A DNA stretch of 64,000 nucleotides, taken from Mobula hypostoma (lineage: Eukaryota). Shown here one piece after another: positions 48,054 to 60,790 of the stretch. The stretch covers positions 254,946,001-255,010,000 of the forward strand of contig NC_086097.1 of assembly GCF_963921235.1 (NCBI RefSeq), in the 5' to 3' direction. The notes under the pieces are model-generated. The model did no database searches, was not told where the DNA came from, and worked only from the letters and a program-made list of their open reading frames with translations. The stretch's first letter is position 1; every line of letters begins with the position of its first letter. The translations under genes were made by a program, and so were the position numbers.

Positions 48054-49625
48054 TGTTATAGTCCGGTCCGTGGTGTCCATATTCCGGTTCACGGTCCGGT
48101 TCATCGACCCTTACTCCAGGTTTTCCTTTCTACCCTGTTTCTGTCCTTGTTGAGATAATTGAGGCAGCTGATTCTCGTTGGAGCATAAAAACCCTCAGAG
48201 ACCAGGGCGTGGTTGCTGGATTGTTCTTGTCCTAACACCTCGTACCCTTTCCTCTGCCTTCTGTTTCCTCTCCTGAAGCCCTGCCCTGTCTTGCTAGAAA
48301 CGCTCGCCTTGTCTTGCCGGAAACGCTCGCCTTGTCTTGCTGGAAACCCATACCTTGTCCTGCTGGAAACCCTCGCCTTCTCTTGCTGGAAACGCTCACC
48401 TTGTCTTGCTGCAAACGCTCACCTGGTCTTGATGGAAACGCTCGGCTTGGCTTGCTGGAATCCATCGCCTCGTCATGCCTGCAGTCATGTACTGTAGCCA
48501 CCCTGTTCCTAACTCCCTTCCTATCCTTTGCCTCCGCCCAGGTAAGCCAGGCCGTCTTGCCGTTACTTGGGGTTGGTTCTGTCCCGTCCTGTCCCTTGCC
48601 TCTGTTGGGTGGTGATCTGCGCCGTGCCCAGGCGTAACGCGCCCTGCCCAGGAGGAGCCTGCTAAGCCTCGCCTCAAGTCTGCATCCTCCAGCCTCGCCT
48701 CGCCTCAAGTCTCCGGCCTCCAGCCTCGCCTCGCCGCAAGTCTCCGGCCTCCAGCCTCGCCTCGCCTCAAGTCTCCGGCCTCCAGCCTCGCCTCGCCGCA
48801 AGTCTCCGGCCTCCAGCCTCGCCTCGCCGCAAGTCTCCGGCCTCCAGCCTCGCCTCGCCGCAAGTCTCCGGCCTCCAGCCTCGCCTCGCCGCAAGTCTCC
48901 GGCCTCCAGCCTCGCCTCGCCGCAAGTCTCCGGCCTCCAGCCTCGCCTCGCCGCAAGTCTCCGGCCTCCAGCCTCGCCTCGCCGCAAGTCTCCGGCCTCC
49001 AGCCTCGCCTCGCCGCAAGTCTCCGGCCTCCAGCCTCGCCTCGCCGCAAGTCTCCGGCCTCCAGCCTCGCCTCGCCGCAAGCCTCCGGCCTCCAGCCTCG
49101 CCTCGCCGCAAGCCTCCGGCCTCCAGCCTCGCCTCGCCGCAAGCCTCCGGCCTCCAGCCTCGCCTCGCCGCAAGTCTCCGGCCTCCAGCCTCGCCTCGCC
49201 GCAAGTCTCCGGCCTCCAGCCTCGCCTCGCCGCAAGTCTCCGGCCTCCAGCCTCGCCGCGCCTCAAGTCTCCTGCCTCCAGCCTCCAAGCTCGCCTCGCC
49301 TCAAGTCTCCTACATCCAGTCTCCAGCCTCGGCTCACCTCAAGTCTCAAGTCTCAAGTCTCAGGTCTCGTCCCGCCTACCTGCCAAGACTCGTCCTTGCC
49401 TGGTTCTGCAGCCGCGCCAGAGGCAAGACCCAGGTACTGGGTCCTTCTGCAGTCTCTGGCTCGGAGTCCAAGCCCGGGCTCCTAGCTCCCTGGTTCAGTC
49501 CTGTTCCAGGTTCCTGGTTTTCCTGTCCATGTCCTTGCCATCGCCCTGTATCCTAGTCCTGTCCCTAGTATTTCAGTGTCTGTGTCTTGCACTTGGGTCC
49601 GTTCCCAGCCCGTGCCCGGATGACA
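48054..49625. mobile_element. Solo-LTR-like element with expanded minisatellite
   Basis: TGTTATA...GACA ends; degenerate ATATC flanks. Confidence 0.72.
48692..49280. repeat. 31-bp GC-rich minisatellite, about 19 copies
   Basis: Unit GCCTCGCCTCGCCGCAAGTCTCCGGCCTCCA, nearly homogeneous. Confidence 0.95.
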
Positions 49626-49886
49626 ACATCAATTCCAACTGCCGTTACAATCGGTTGTAAAAATAGACAGAAATATAATTCTTTGCATGCGGGAGAATGA
49701 ATTGTCGTTTGGGGACATGAAAAGTGACAGTGGCAGAGAGCGACCGTATGTGTGTCTGAGTGGTTGGTTGATGATTGAGTGAGTGTGTCTGTGTGTGAGC
49801 TGCTGATTGTGGAACGGTGAGCAGTGGCAGGCATGCAATGGTGCTTGTGGCGCTGAGCAAATTACAGGAGGTGGATCGGATGTGCT

Positions 49887-49959
49887 GGGGAATTAGCTCA
49901 AATGGTAGAGCGCTCGCTTAGCATGCGAGAGGTAGCGAGATCGATGCTCGCATTCTCCA
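49887..49959 (+). tRNA. tRNA-Ala(AGC), intact
   Basis: Consensus sequence. Confidence 0.96.
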
Positions 49960-50430
49960 TTGACATTTTGTATCCAGAGGCACTCGTCTCATTAAATTGC
50001 TCTGAAGTTTGGAACGCACAAAATATAGGGACGGCGGAGAGGGACATGAACGTGTCTCAGTCAAAGGAAAGAGGGAAATATCGTAGGTCTGCTGCGTTAA
50101 AGGCAGATGCGACGAAAAGCCAGCTGGCAGCTGTGTTTCAGTAATGCATGAGCTGCAGGCGACCATTCAGACAGAAATCAGTTAAGTGGTCAAAAAGAAA
50201 TTGCCCTGAACACTGGGCGAAATGAGAAAGCTGAGTGGCCTTTGGTTTTGTCAAGCAAAGAAGATCAAAGAGTTGTGTTGGAGTCGCACCTAGAATTGTA
50301 ATAAACTCGGTGATGTGCGTCATCCGGTCGCCTGTGGCAGGCTGTTGCCATCGTTCGACAGACACTGGGATGAAAATCTGCATAATCATTGTCGGTAGGA
50401 GCCAACGTGGTGAAGCTTGGTGTCGATTTT

Positions 50431-50516
50431 CCTTCGATAGCTCAGTTGGTAGAGCGGAGGACTGTAGAGGAAATGGAGTCATCCTTAGGTCGCTGGTTCG
50501 AATTCGGCTCGAAGGA
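50431..50516 (+). tRNA. tRNA-Tyr(GTA), B-box variant C61>T
   Basis: GGTTCGAATTCGGC. Confidence 0.88.
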
Positions 50517-51211
50517 TCGGGACTACTTTTACTACGCGGATCATCAATTCCGTACTACAGAGTTTCTCGGTGGCACAGGACTGCAGTCCGAATTGCTCCG
50601 ACTCGTGACGGGATAGAATACAGAGGCATCTAATCACATAACAGGCAAGGCCAGCAGATCACTGGGTCACATTTCAGAGCGCTATGTTCTCACGCTTGCT
50701 GCTCTGACAGTACGACAACCCTCACTCGTCCTAATAAAACACAAAAGATAGCAATATTAGATTAGATATGATTAGATGATGAGGACACTCAGTCCTCGTT
50801 TACTGTAATTTTAAAAATGCATGCCTTAAAAAATGATACCATGTTCTTCCGGTATGAAATCAGAGAAACACAAGACAGACTTGAACATCAGTCACTGCAA
50901 GCAAGCATGCAAGTACAGCAGGCAGTGAAGAAAGCTCATGGCATGCTGGCCTTCATAACAAGGGGAGTTGAGCATAAGAGCAAAGAGGTCCTTCCGCAGC
51001 TATGCAGGGCCCTAGTGAGACCACACCTGGAGTACTGTGTGCAGTTTTGGTCCCCAAATCTGAGGAAGGACATTCTTGCTATTGAGGGAGTGCAGCGTAG
51101 GTTCACAAGGTTAATTCCCGGGATGGCGGGACAGTCATATGTTGAAAGATTGGAGGGACTGGGCTTGCATACACTGGAATTTAGAAGGCTGAGAGGGGAT
51201 CTTATTGAAAC

Positions 51212-51268
<57 letters not shown>

Positions 51269-51532
51269 CTTTATTAATCCCGAGGGAAATTTGGTTTCGT
51301 TCCAGCCGCACCAACCACGAATAGAGCGTAAGTATAGCAAAACAAAAAACCCCAACAATCAAACAACAAAATGCAAAACTATGCCAGATGGAAAATAAGT
51401 CCAGGGCCAGTCTATTGGCTCAGGGTGTCTGACCCTCCACGGGAGGAAACATAGAAAATTGGTGCAGGAGTAGGCCATTCGGCCCTTCGAGCCTACACCG
51501 CCATTTATTATGATCATGGCTGATCATCCAAC

Positions 51533-53834
51533 TCAGAACCCCGCCCCAGCCTTCCCGCCATACCCCCTGACCCCTGTAGCCACAAGGGCCATATCTAACT
51601 CCCTCTTAAACATAGCCAATGAACTGACCTCAACAGTTTCCTGTAGCAGAGAATTCCACAGATTCACCACTCTCTGTGTGAAGAAGTTTTTCCTAATCTC
51701 GGTCCTAAAAGGCTTCCCCTCTGTCCTCAAAGTGTGACCCCTCGTTCTGGACTTCCCCAACATTGGGAACAATCTTCCTGCATCTAGCCTGTCCAATCCC
51801 TTCAGGATCTTATACGTTTCAATCAGATCCCCCCTCAATCTTCTAAATTCCAACGAGTACAAGCCCAGTTCATCCAGTCTTTCTTCATATGAAAGTCCTG
51901 CCATCCCAGGAAACAATCTGGTGAACCTTCTTTGTACTCCCTCTATGGCAAGGATGTCTTTCCTCAGATTAGGGGACAAAAACTGCACACAATACTCCAG
52001 GTGTGGTCTCACCAAGGCCTTGTACAACTGCAGTAGTACCTCCCTGCTCCTGTACTCGAATCTTCTCGCTATAAATGCCAGCATACTATTCGCCTTTTTC
52101 ACCGCCTGCTGTACCTGCATGCCCACTTTCAATGACTGGTGTATAATGACACCCAGGACTCGTTGCAGCTCCCCTTTTCCTAATCGGCCACCATTTGGAT
52201 AATAATCTGTTTTCCTATTTTTGCCAGCAAAGTGGATAACTTCACATTTATCCACATTAAACTGCATGTGCCATGAGTTCGCCCACTCACCCAACCTATC
52301 CAAGTCACCCTGCATCCTCTTAGCATCCTCCTCACAGCTAACACTGCCACCCAGCTTCGTGTCATCCGCAAACTTGGAGATGCTGCATTTAATTCCCTCA
52401 TCCAAGTCATTAATATATATTGTAAACAACTGGGGTCCCAGCACTGAGCCTTGCGGTACCCCACTGGTCACCGCCTGCCATTCTGTAAAGGTCCCGTTTA
52501 TTCCCAATCTTTGCTTCCTGTCTGCTAACCAATTCTCCACCCACACCAATACCTTACCCCGAATACCGTGTGCTTTAAGTTTGCACACTAATCTCCTGTG
52601 TGGGACCTTGTCAAAAGCCTTTTGAAAATCCAAATATACCACATCAACTGGTTCCCCCCTATCCACTCTACTAGTTACATCCTCAAAAAATTCTGTGAGA
52701 TTCGTCAGACATGATTTTCCTTTCACAAATCCATGCTGACTTTGTCCGATCATTTCACCGCTTTCCAAATGTGCTGTTATCACATCCTTGATAACTGACT
52801 CCAGCAGTTTCCCCACCACCGACGTTAGGCTAACCGGTCTATAATTCCCCGGTTTCTCTCTCCCTCCTTTTTTAAAAAGTGGGGTTACATTAGCCACCCT
52901 CCAATCCTCAGGAACTAGTCCAGAATCTAAGGAGTTTTGAAAAATTATCACTAATGCATCCACTATTTCTTGGGCTACTTCCTTAAGCACTCTAGGATGC
53001 AGACCATCTGGCCCTGGGGATTTATCTGCCTTCAATCCCTTCAATTTACCTAACACCACTTCCCTACTAACATGTATTTCACTCAGTCCCTCCATCTCAC
53101 TGGACCCTCTGTCCATTACTATTTCTGGAACATTATTTGTGTCCTCCTTAGTGAAGACAGAACCAAAGTAATTATTCAATTGGTCTGCCATGTCCTTGCT
53201 CCCCATAATCAATTCACCTGTTTCTGTTTGCAGGGGACCTACATTTGTCTTTACCAGTCTTTTCCTTTTTACATATCTATAAAAGCTTTTACAGTCCGTT
53301 TTTATGTTCCCCGCCAGTTTTCTCTCATAATCTTTTTTCCCCTTCCTAATTAAGTCCTTTGTCTTCCTCTGCTGAACTCTGAATTTCTCCCAGTCCTCAG
53401 GTGAGCCACTTTCTCTGGCTAATTTGTATGCTACTTCTTTGGAATTGATACTATCCCTAATTTCTCTTGTCAGCCACGGGTGCACTACCTTCCTTGATTT
53501 ATTCTTTTGCGAAACTGGGATGAACAATTGTTGTAGTTCATCCATGCAACCTTTAAATGCTTGCCATTGCATATCCACGGTCAATCCTTTAAGTGTCATT
53601 TGCCAGTCTATCTTAGCTAATTCACGTCTCATACCTTCAAAGTTATCCCTCTTTAAGTTCAGAACCTTTGTTTCTGAATTAACTATGTCACTCTCCATAT
53701 TAATGAAGAATTCCACCATATTATGGTCACTCTTACCCAAGGGGCCTCTCACGACAAGATCGCTAATTAACCCTTCCTCATTGCTCAAAACCCAGTCCAG
53801 AATAGCCTGCTCTCTGGTTGGTTCCTCGACATGT
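51533..53834 (-). CDS. CR1 ORF2, end of endonuclease plus reverse transcriptase (3' part)
   Basis: 751-aa open frame: SDHN, KSPGPDG, NYRPVSLTS, YLDFQKAFDKVPH, GVPQGSVLGP, KFADDTKL; frame extends upstream to HVEEPTREQAILDW. Confidence 0.93.
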
Positions 53835-55385
53835 GCTTAAGGAAGTGGCCCAAGAAATAGTGGATGCATTAGTGATAATTTTTCAAAACTCGTTAGATTC
53901 TGGACTAGTTCCTGAGGATTGGAGGGTGGCTAATGTAACCCCACTTTTTAAAAAAGGAGGGAGAGAGAAACCGGGGAATTATAGGCCGGTTAGCCTAACG
54001 TCGGTGGTGGGGAAACTGCTGGAGTCAGTTATCAAGGATGTGATAACAGCACATTTGGAAAGCGGTGAAATGATCGGACAAAGTCAGCATGGATTTGTGA
54101 AAGGAAAATCATGTCTGACGAATCTCATAGAATTTTTTGAGGATGTAACTAGTAGAGTGGATAGGGGAGAACCAGTGGATGTGGTATATTTGGATTTTCA
54201 AAAGGCTTTTGACAAGGTCCCACATAGGAGATTAGTGTGCAAACTTAAAGCACACGGTATTGGGGGTAAGGTATTGGTGTGGGTGGAGAATTGGTTAGCA
54301 GACAGGAAGCAAAGAGTGGGAATAAACGGGACCTTTTCAGAATGGCAGGCGGTGACTAGTGGGGTACCGCAAGGCTCAGTGCTGGGACCCCAGTTGTTTA
54401 CAATATATATTAATGACTTGGATGAGGGAATTAAATGCAGCATCTCCAAGTTTGCGGATGACACGAAGCTGGGTGGCAGTGTTAGCAGTGAGGAGGATGC
54501 TAAGAGGATGCAGGGTGACTTGGATAGGTTGGGTGAGTGGGCAAACTCATGGCAGATGCAATTTAATGTGGATAAATGTGAAGTTATCCACTTTGGTGGC
54601 AAAAATAGGAAAACAGATTATTATCTGAATGGTGGCCGATTAGGAAAAGGGGAGGTGCAACGAGACCTGGGTGTCATTATACACCAGTCATTGAAAGTGG
54701 GCATGCAGGTACAGCAGGCGGTGAAAAAGGCGAACGGTATGCTGGCATTTATAGCGAGAGGATTCGAGTACAGGAGCAGGGAGGTACTACTGCAGTTGTA
54801 CAAGGCCTTGGTGAGACCACACCTGGAGTATTGTGTGCAGTTTTGGTCCCCTAATCTGAGGAAAGACATCTTTGCCATAGAGGGAGTACAAAGAAGGTTC
54901 ACCAGATTGATTCCTGGGATGGCAGGTCTTTCATATGAAGAAAGACTGGATGAACTGGGCTTGTACTCGTTGGAATTTAGAAGATTGAGGGGGGATCTGA
55001 TTGAAACGTATAAGATCCTAAAGGGATTGGACAGGCTAGATGCAGGAAGATTGTTCCCGATGTTGGGGAGGTCTAGAACGAGGGGTCACAGTTTGAGGAT
55101 AGAGGGGAAGCCTTTTAGGACCGAGGTTAGGAAAAACTTCTTCACACAGAGAGTGGTGAATCTGTGGAATTCTCTGCCACAGCAAACTGTTGAGGCCAGT
55201 TCATTAGCTATGTTTAAAAGGAAGTTAGATATGGCCCTTGTGGCTACAGGGGTCAGGGGGTATGGAGGGAAGGCTGGGTTCTGAGTTGGATGATCAGCCA
55301 TGATCATAATAAATGGCGGTGCAGGCTCGAAGGGCCGAATGGCCTACTCCTGCACCTATTTTCTATGTTTCTATGTTTCTATGTT
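53834..55385 (+). mobile_element. 5'-truncated CR1 of the same family inserted in opposite orientation into ORF2
   Basis: 488-aa ORF 53818-55284 nearly identical to the host RT; (CTATGTTT)n tail ~55363-55385; ATGT at both junctions. Confidence 0.93.
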
Positions 55386-56019
55386 GGTTCAAAAAACCAT
55401 CCCGCATACATTCCAAGAAATCCTCTTCCTCAGCACCTTTACCAATTTGGTTCATCCAGTCTACATGTAGATTGAAGTCACCCATTATAACTGCTGTTCC
55501 TTTATTGCACACATTTCTAATTTCCTGTTTAATACCATCTCCGACCTCACTACTACTGTTAGGTGGCCTGTACACAACTCCCACCAGCGTCTTCTGCCCC
55601 TTAGTGTTACGCAGCTCTACCCATATCGATTCCACATCTTCCCGGCTTATGTCCTTCCTTTCTATTGCGTTAATCTCTTCTTTAACCAGCAACGCCACCC
55701 CACCTCCCCTTCCTTCATGTCTATCCCTCCTGAATATTGAATATCCCTGAACGTTGAGCTCCCATCCCTGGTCACCCTGGAGCCATGTCTCTGTGATCCC
55801 AACTATATCATAATCATTAATAACAATCTGCACTTTCAATTCATCCACCCTATTACGAATGCTTCTTGCATTGACACATAAAGCCTTCAGGCGCTCTTTT
55901 ACAACTCTTTTAGCCCTTGTACAATTATGTTGAAAAGTGGCCCTTTTTAATGCTTGCCCTGGATTTGTCGGCCTGCCGCTTTTACTTTTCTCCTTTGTAC
56001 TTTTTGCTTCTACCCTCAC
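55386..56019 (-). CDS. CR1 ORF2 5' part, APE-type endonuclease
   Basis: NARSIRN, GITETWL, RRDR..GRGGGVAL, GVVYRPP, MGDFN, ending DGFLNQH at the insertion point; true start uncertain. Confidence 0.9.
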
Positions 56020-56120
56020 TTTACACCCCTCTGTCTCTGTGCACTGGTTCCCATCCCTCTGTTGTGAACTAACCTCCTCACGCCTAGCCTCTTTAATTTG
56101 ATTCCCACCCCCCAGCCATT

Positions 56121-57062
56121 CTAGTTTAAAGTCACCTCAGTAGCCCTCGCTAATCTCCCTGCCAGGATACTGGTCCCCCTAGGATTCAAGTGTAACCCGT
56201 CCTTTTTGTACAGATCACGTCTGCGCCAAAAGAGGTCCCAATGATCCAAAAACTTGAATCCCTGCCCCCTGCTCCAATCCCTCAGCCACGCATTTATCCT
56301 CCACCTCATCGCATTCCTACTCTCACTGTCGCGTGGCACAGGCAGTAATCCCGAGATTACTACCTTTGCGGTCCTTTTTCTCAACTCCCTTCCTAGCTCC
56401 CTATATTCTCCTTTCAGGACCTCATCCCTTTTCCTACCTATGTCATTGGTACCTATATGTACCACGACCTCTGGCTCCTCACCCTCCCACTTCAGGATAT
56501 CTTGGACACGATCAGAAATATCCCGGACCCTGGCACCAGGGAGGCAAACTACCATCCGGGTCTCTGGACTGCGTCCACAGAATCGCCTATCTGACCCCCT
56601 TACTATCGAGTCCCCCATTACAACTGCCCTCCTCTTCCTTGCTCTACCCTTCTGAGCTACAGGGCCAGACTCTGTGCCGGAGGCACGGCCACTGTCGCTT
56701 CCCCCGGTAAGCTGTCCCCCCCCCCCCCCAACAGTACTCAAACAGGAGTACCTATTGTTAAGGGGCACAGCCACCGGGGTACTCCCCATCACCTGACTTT
56801 TCCCCTTCCCACTCCTAACCGTGACCCACTTGTCTGCCTCCCGTGGCCCCGGCGTGACCACCTGCCTTCCACTCCTCTCTATCACCTCCTCGCTCTCCCT
56901 GACCAGACGAAAGTCATCGAGCTGCAGCTCCAGTTCCGTAACGCGGTCCCTTAGGAGCTGCATCTCGATGCACTTGGCGCAGATGTAGACGTCCGGGAGG
57001 CTTGGAGACTCCAGGGCCTCCCACATCCGACACCGAGAACAGAAAACTGCCCTCACAGTCAT
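56121..57062 (-). CDS. CR1 ORF1: N-terminal Cys-rich motif, coiled coil and SGNH/GDSL esterase domain
   Basis: MTVRAVFCSRCRMW..CAKC; VMGDSIVRG; CLPGA; HIGTND; DGLHLN; open frame of ~313 aa from the ATG at 57062. Confidence 0.9.
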   Translation of the reverse strand: MTVRAVFCSRCRMWEALESPSLPDVYICAKCIEMQLLRDRVTELELQLDDFRLVRESEEVIERSGRQVVTPGPREADKWVTVRSGKGKSQVMGSTPVAVPLNNRYSCLSTVGGGGGQLTGGSDSGRASGTESGPVAQKGRARKRRAVVMGDSIVRGSDRRFCGRSPETRMVVCLPGARVRDISDRVQDILKWEGEEPEVVVHIGTNDIGRKRDEVLKGEYRELGRELRKRTAKVVISGLLPVPRDSESRNAMRWRINAWLRDWSRGQGFKFLDHWDLFWRRRDLYKKDGLHLNPRGTSILAGRLARATEVTLN

Positions 57063-57702
57063 AATGCCCCTCTCCTCAAATAGCACCAGAAAATGAATGT
57101 CAAACCTTCCTCGCCTCGCCCGCTTCCGCCTAAGCCCACAGGCAGGAACGACCTCCCGTGCCGCCAAGTGTTGTATCACGGTGGAATGTGGCCGAAGTCC
57201 AACAGTAAAAAGTTCAATATCCAGTCTGCAAACACGTTCCTCGAACAAATATATCCCGGATTGTACCATCTGTTGTTAACCAGATCAGTGAGCACCGAAC
57301 TCCTTTATGCTCACCGCTCTCAGCGCACTTCTGGTCAGCCGGAACGGTATTAAACACCGAAATCCTCTTCTGCAAAAGCCTCTGTTGTCTCGACCCGTTC
57401 CTCTTTCCTCGGCTTTGTGATCCCCCTCTGTGTGTTTTCCTCCGGATTTCCGCAGGGGTTTCCACCGCTCAGTTCGCTAAGCCGGCCGGTATTTGCTGGT
57501 CCGTGGAATACACAATGTGACCTTGCTTCCGTCCCGCTTGTCGGGATGTAACCATTTCCAGCGCTAAAGAAAACCCAAATAAAACTCTCTCTACCAGCAT
57601 GTTAGAGAGGGTGCAGCATCGACGTGTTACCGTGAGGAAGACAAATTCAAAAAAATAGCATAAATTAAAAAGTGAAGAAGAAAGTAAGTAAAAATAGTTC
57701 GG

Positions 57703-58123
57703 GCAACATTCATCAAAGTTGCTGGTGAACGCAGCAGGCCAGACAGCATCTGTAGGAAGAGGTGCTGTCGACGTTTCAGGCCGAGACCCTTCGTCAGGAC
57801 TAACTGAAGGAAGAGTGAGTAAGGGATTTGAAAGTTGGAGGGGGAGGGGGAGATGCAAAACGATAGGAGAAGACAGGAGGGGGAGGGATAGAGCCGAGAG
57901 CTGGACAGGTGATAGGCAAAAGGGGATACGAGAGGATCATGGGACAGGAGGTCCGGGAAGAAAGACAAGTGGGGGGGGGGTGACCCAGAGGATGGGCAAG
58001 AGGTATATTCAGAGCGAAAGAGGGAGAAAAAGGAGAGTGAGAGAAAGAATGTGTGCATAAAAATGAGTAACAGATGGGGTACGAGGGGGAGGTGGGGCCT
58101 GAGCGGAAGTTAGAGAAGTCGAT
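57703..58123 (-). mobile_element. Penelope-like element 3' terminal fragment
   Basis: Matches 9087-9500; includes the ..IDFSNFR ORF end and a hammerhead. Confidence 0.88.
57766..57801 (-). ncRNA. Minimal type I hammerhead ribozyme
   Basis: Core identical to 9151-9186; one stem I terminal change. Confidence 0.8.
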
Positions 58124-59995
58124 ACCAGGCTGCATGCACGAGCGGCGCATGCGCACTGACGATATAAGATTATTAAGGGGTGGACACGGTGAAGGAAGGA
58201 AGCATTTTCCCGCTGATGGGTGAGTCCAGAACCAGAGGCCACATTTTAAGAATAAGGGGAGGGCCATTTAGAACGGAGTTGAGGAAGAATTTTTTAACCC
58301 AGAGGGTGGTAGACATATGGAATGCTCTGCCCCAGAAGGCTGTGGAGGCCAAGTCTCTGGATGCTTTCAAGAAAGAGATGGATAGAGCTCTTAAAGATAG
58401 CGCTATCAAAGGGTATGGGGATAAGACAGGAACTGGATACAGATTGTGGATGATCAGCCATGATCACAGTGAATGGCGGTGCTGGCTCGAAGGGCGGAAT
58501 GCTCCACTTCTGCACCTATTATCTATTGCCCATTGTCTATTGACCAAGACTAAAAGTGACAAAATCCACATAATTCTACCATATTGTTAAGCAGTGCAAA
58601 GCAACACCGCAATTTGATAAGAGCAGACCATAGGCACGGAAAAAAATGTCTCAAAGACCCGATTGCCTCGTCATCTCACGCAGACCGTAGAGGGTAGAAA
58701 ATCCCCCTGCCATGAGCTTCCAGCGGCTCGAACTTGCCGATACAGCGTCCTGGAAGCACCCGACCACAGTCCAAAGTCTGAGTCCGTCCGAAAACTTCCA
58801 GCCCCCGACCAGCGCTCCGACACCGAGCACCGAGCAACCTCTTTGCCGAACGCGTCCACCCAGGCCCCGGCCGCCAAGTAACAGGCAAAGCCGAGGATTC
58901 GGGGCATTTCCTCCGGAGATTTCCGATCACACAGTAGCCGCGGCAGAGAAGCAGGCATTTCAGAACTTTCACCAGATGTTCCTCCGTGCCTCACGTCTGC
59001 CGCCATCAATGAGGAATCGTGCACGTCCTCCTACCTGACAGATAAGAGATATGCATCACCGGAGAGGCCGCGTGTAGCAAGTGTACAGAGGAAGAGACCG
59101 ACACAAAGGCCCAAATGGAACATCGGTCACCCCTTCGTTTGAAAACATTCAGCAATCAGTCTAGGATGAGCGATTCCAAACTGCACGAGCAAGGGATGCC
59201 AGAATCTGAATTTCGGCTGATCGTTGGAGGGCACCGTTGAAAGCGAAGGCAGCTAACGGCATTGCCATCGCCCTTATGTCGTTTCCATATATCCGTTGAG
59301 GTGGAATTCGGCTCATCTGTGGGTGGCGCAAGTCCGGAGCAAAATCTTTATATTTCTGCGAGTGATTTGAAGTGAGAGCTGTGAAACAGAAGAGTCAGAT
59401 GTGCATTAGATGTACAGCTACATGAAATTGGAGCGCCCTGCAGAAGCGAGCTCTTGGAACAGCAGGTTTTCAGTGTGCATATGTCTGCAGTGTTTTGTCC
59501 CTCCTATCATCTTCCCGGAGAGAGGCAAATCGTCCATTGATGATGGAATTCAGTCATTGAGCTTTTCAGCTGATTGGTCATTTTGCTGTAGTTTTCCAAA
59601 AGTGTCGGAGAATGCGGCAACGAAATAGTCAGGAACGGCTGATCCGAGAATGCTCTGTTTGATAGCAGTGTAGAATTCCAGGAGAATGTTGTGTCGTTGA
59701 TGCAGTTCTACAATCTGCCAGAAGAAGTGGATGACGCGGCCGTTTCCTTGGTTCATGAAGATGTTCTGCTTCTGACACACGAGTTCCTCCGTGGCGTAAT
59801 AATACAGGAAAGGTGAATGCGGGAAGGTTGCTAACAGTGGTGCTGTTGGTGATATGTTGGTGTTGAGGGGCCAGATTTCAGCTGAGGGGCATCTGCATGT
59901 TCACGGAAGCGACGCATTGCACGGTATGTTTCGGTGTCTCCATGAGGAAGTGATTTTACGCCGAATTTTTGTCGCTAATTTTAAGTCTAGATATC

Positions 59996-60790
59996 TGTTA
60001 TACTCCGGTCCGTGATGTCCATATTCCGGTTCTCGGTCCGGTTCATCGACCCTTATTCCAGGTTTCTTTTCTACCCTGTTTCTGTCCTTGTTGAGCTAAT
60101 TGAGGCAGCTGATTCTCGTTGGGGCTGGCTGCATAAATACCTTCAGAGACCAGGGCGTGGTTGCTGGATTGTTCTTGTCCTAACACCTTGTATCCCTCCC
60201 TCTCCCTTCTGTTTCCTCTCCTGAAACCCTGCCTTGTCCTGCTGGAAACGCTCGCCTTGTCCTGCTGGAAACGCTCGCCTTGTCCTGCTGGAAACGCTCG
60301 CCTTGTCTTGCTGGAAACCATCGGCCTTGTCTTGCTGGAAACACTCGCCTTGTTTTGCTGGAAACACTCGTTTTGCCTTGCTGAAACGCTCAACTGGTCT
60401 TGCTGGAAACGCTCGCCTTGGCTTGCTGGAAACCATCGCCTCGTCATGTCTGCAGTCTTGTACTTTAGCCACCCTGTTCCTAGCTCCCTTCCTATCCCTT
60501 GCCTCCGCCCAGGTAAGCCAGGACGTCTTGCCGTTACCCGGGGTTGGTTCTGCCCCGTCCTGTCCTTTGCCTCTGTTGGGTGGTGATCGGCGCCCTGCTC
60601 AGGTGATCCGCGTCCTTCCCAGGAGGAACCTGCTAAGCCTCGCCTCAATTCTGCAGCCTCCAGCCTCGCCTCGCCTCAAGTCTCAGGTCTCGTCCCGCCT
60701 GCCTGCCAAGACTCGTCCTTGCCTGGTTCTGGGGCAGAGCCAGAGGCAAGACCCAGGTACTGTCCGTTCCCAGCCCGTGCCCATATGACA
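59996..60790. mobile_element. Solo-LTR-like element with internal deletion
   Basis: ATATC|TGTTATA...TATGACA|ATATC. Confidence 0.75.

Larger units (their letters stand above)
51447..57135 (-). mobile_element. Full-length or near full-length CR1 LINE (ORF1 + ORF2) interrupted by an inverted sibling
   Basis: Minus-strand order: short 5' UTR, ORF1, APE endonuclease, RT, 3' UTR, ctatgttt tail. Confidence 0.93.
51213..58156 (-). mobile_element. mini-Rex1 split by a full-length CR1 and a Penelope-like fragment (pieces 51213-51446, 57136-57700, 58124-58156)
   Basis: The pieces join to the 18310-19118 sequence; host CR1 pieces at ~50881-51212 and 58157-58542. Confidence 0.75.

Noticed and set aside
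48232..49266. 344-aa Arg/Gly/Ala-rich repeat ORF
   Set aside because: Product of a stop-free 31-bp minisatellite read in several frames; not conserved in sister elements.
48692..49280. CRISPR-like array
   Set aside because: Units are contiguous with no unique spacers, there are no cas genes, and the context is eukaryotic.
53834..55385. Twin-priming inversion of a single CR1
   Set aside because: The inverted segment has its own tail and duplicates sequence still present in the host, so it is a second insertion.
56121..57269. Host SGNH esterase gene of 382 aa
   Set aside because: It is CR1 ORF1; the extra N-terminal ~69 aa are read-in from mini-Rex1 and the CR1 5' UTR.
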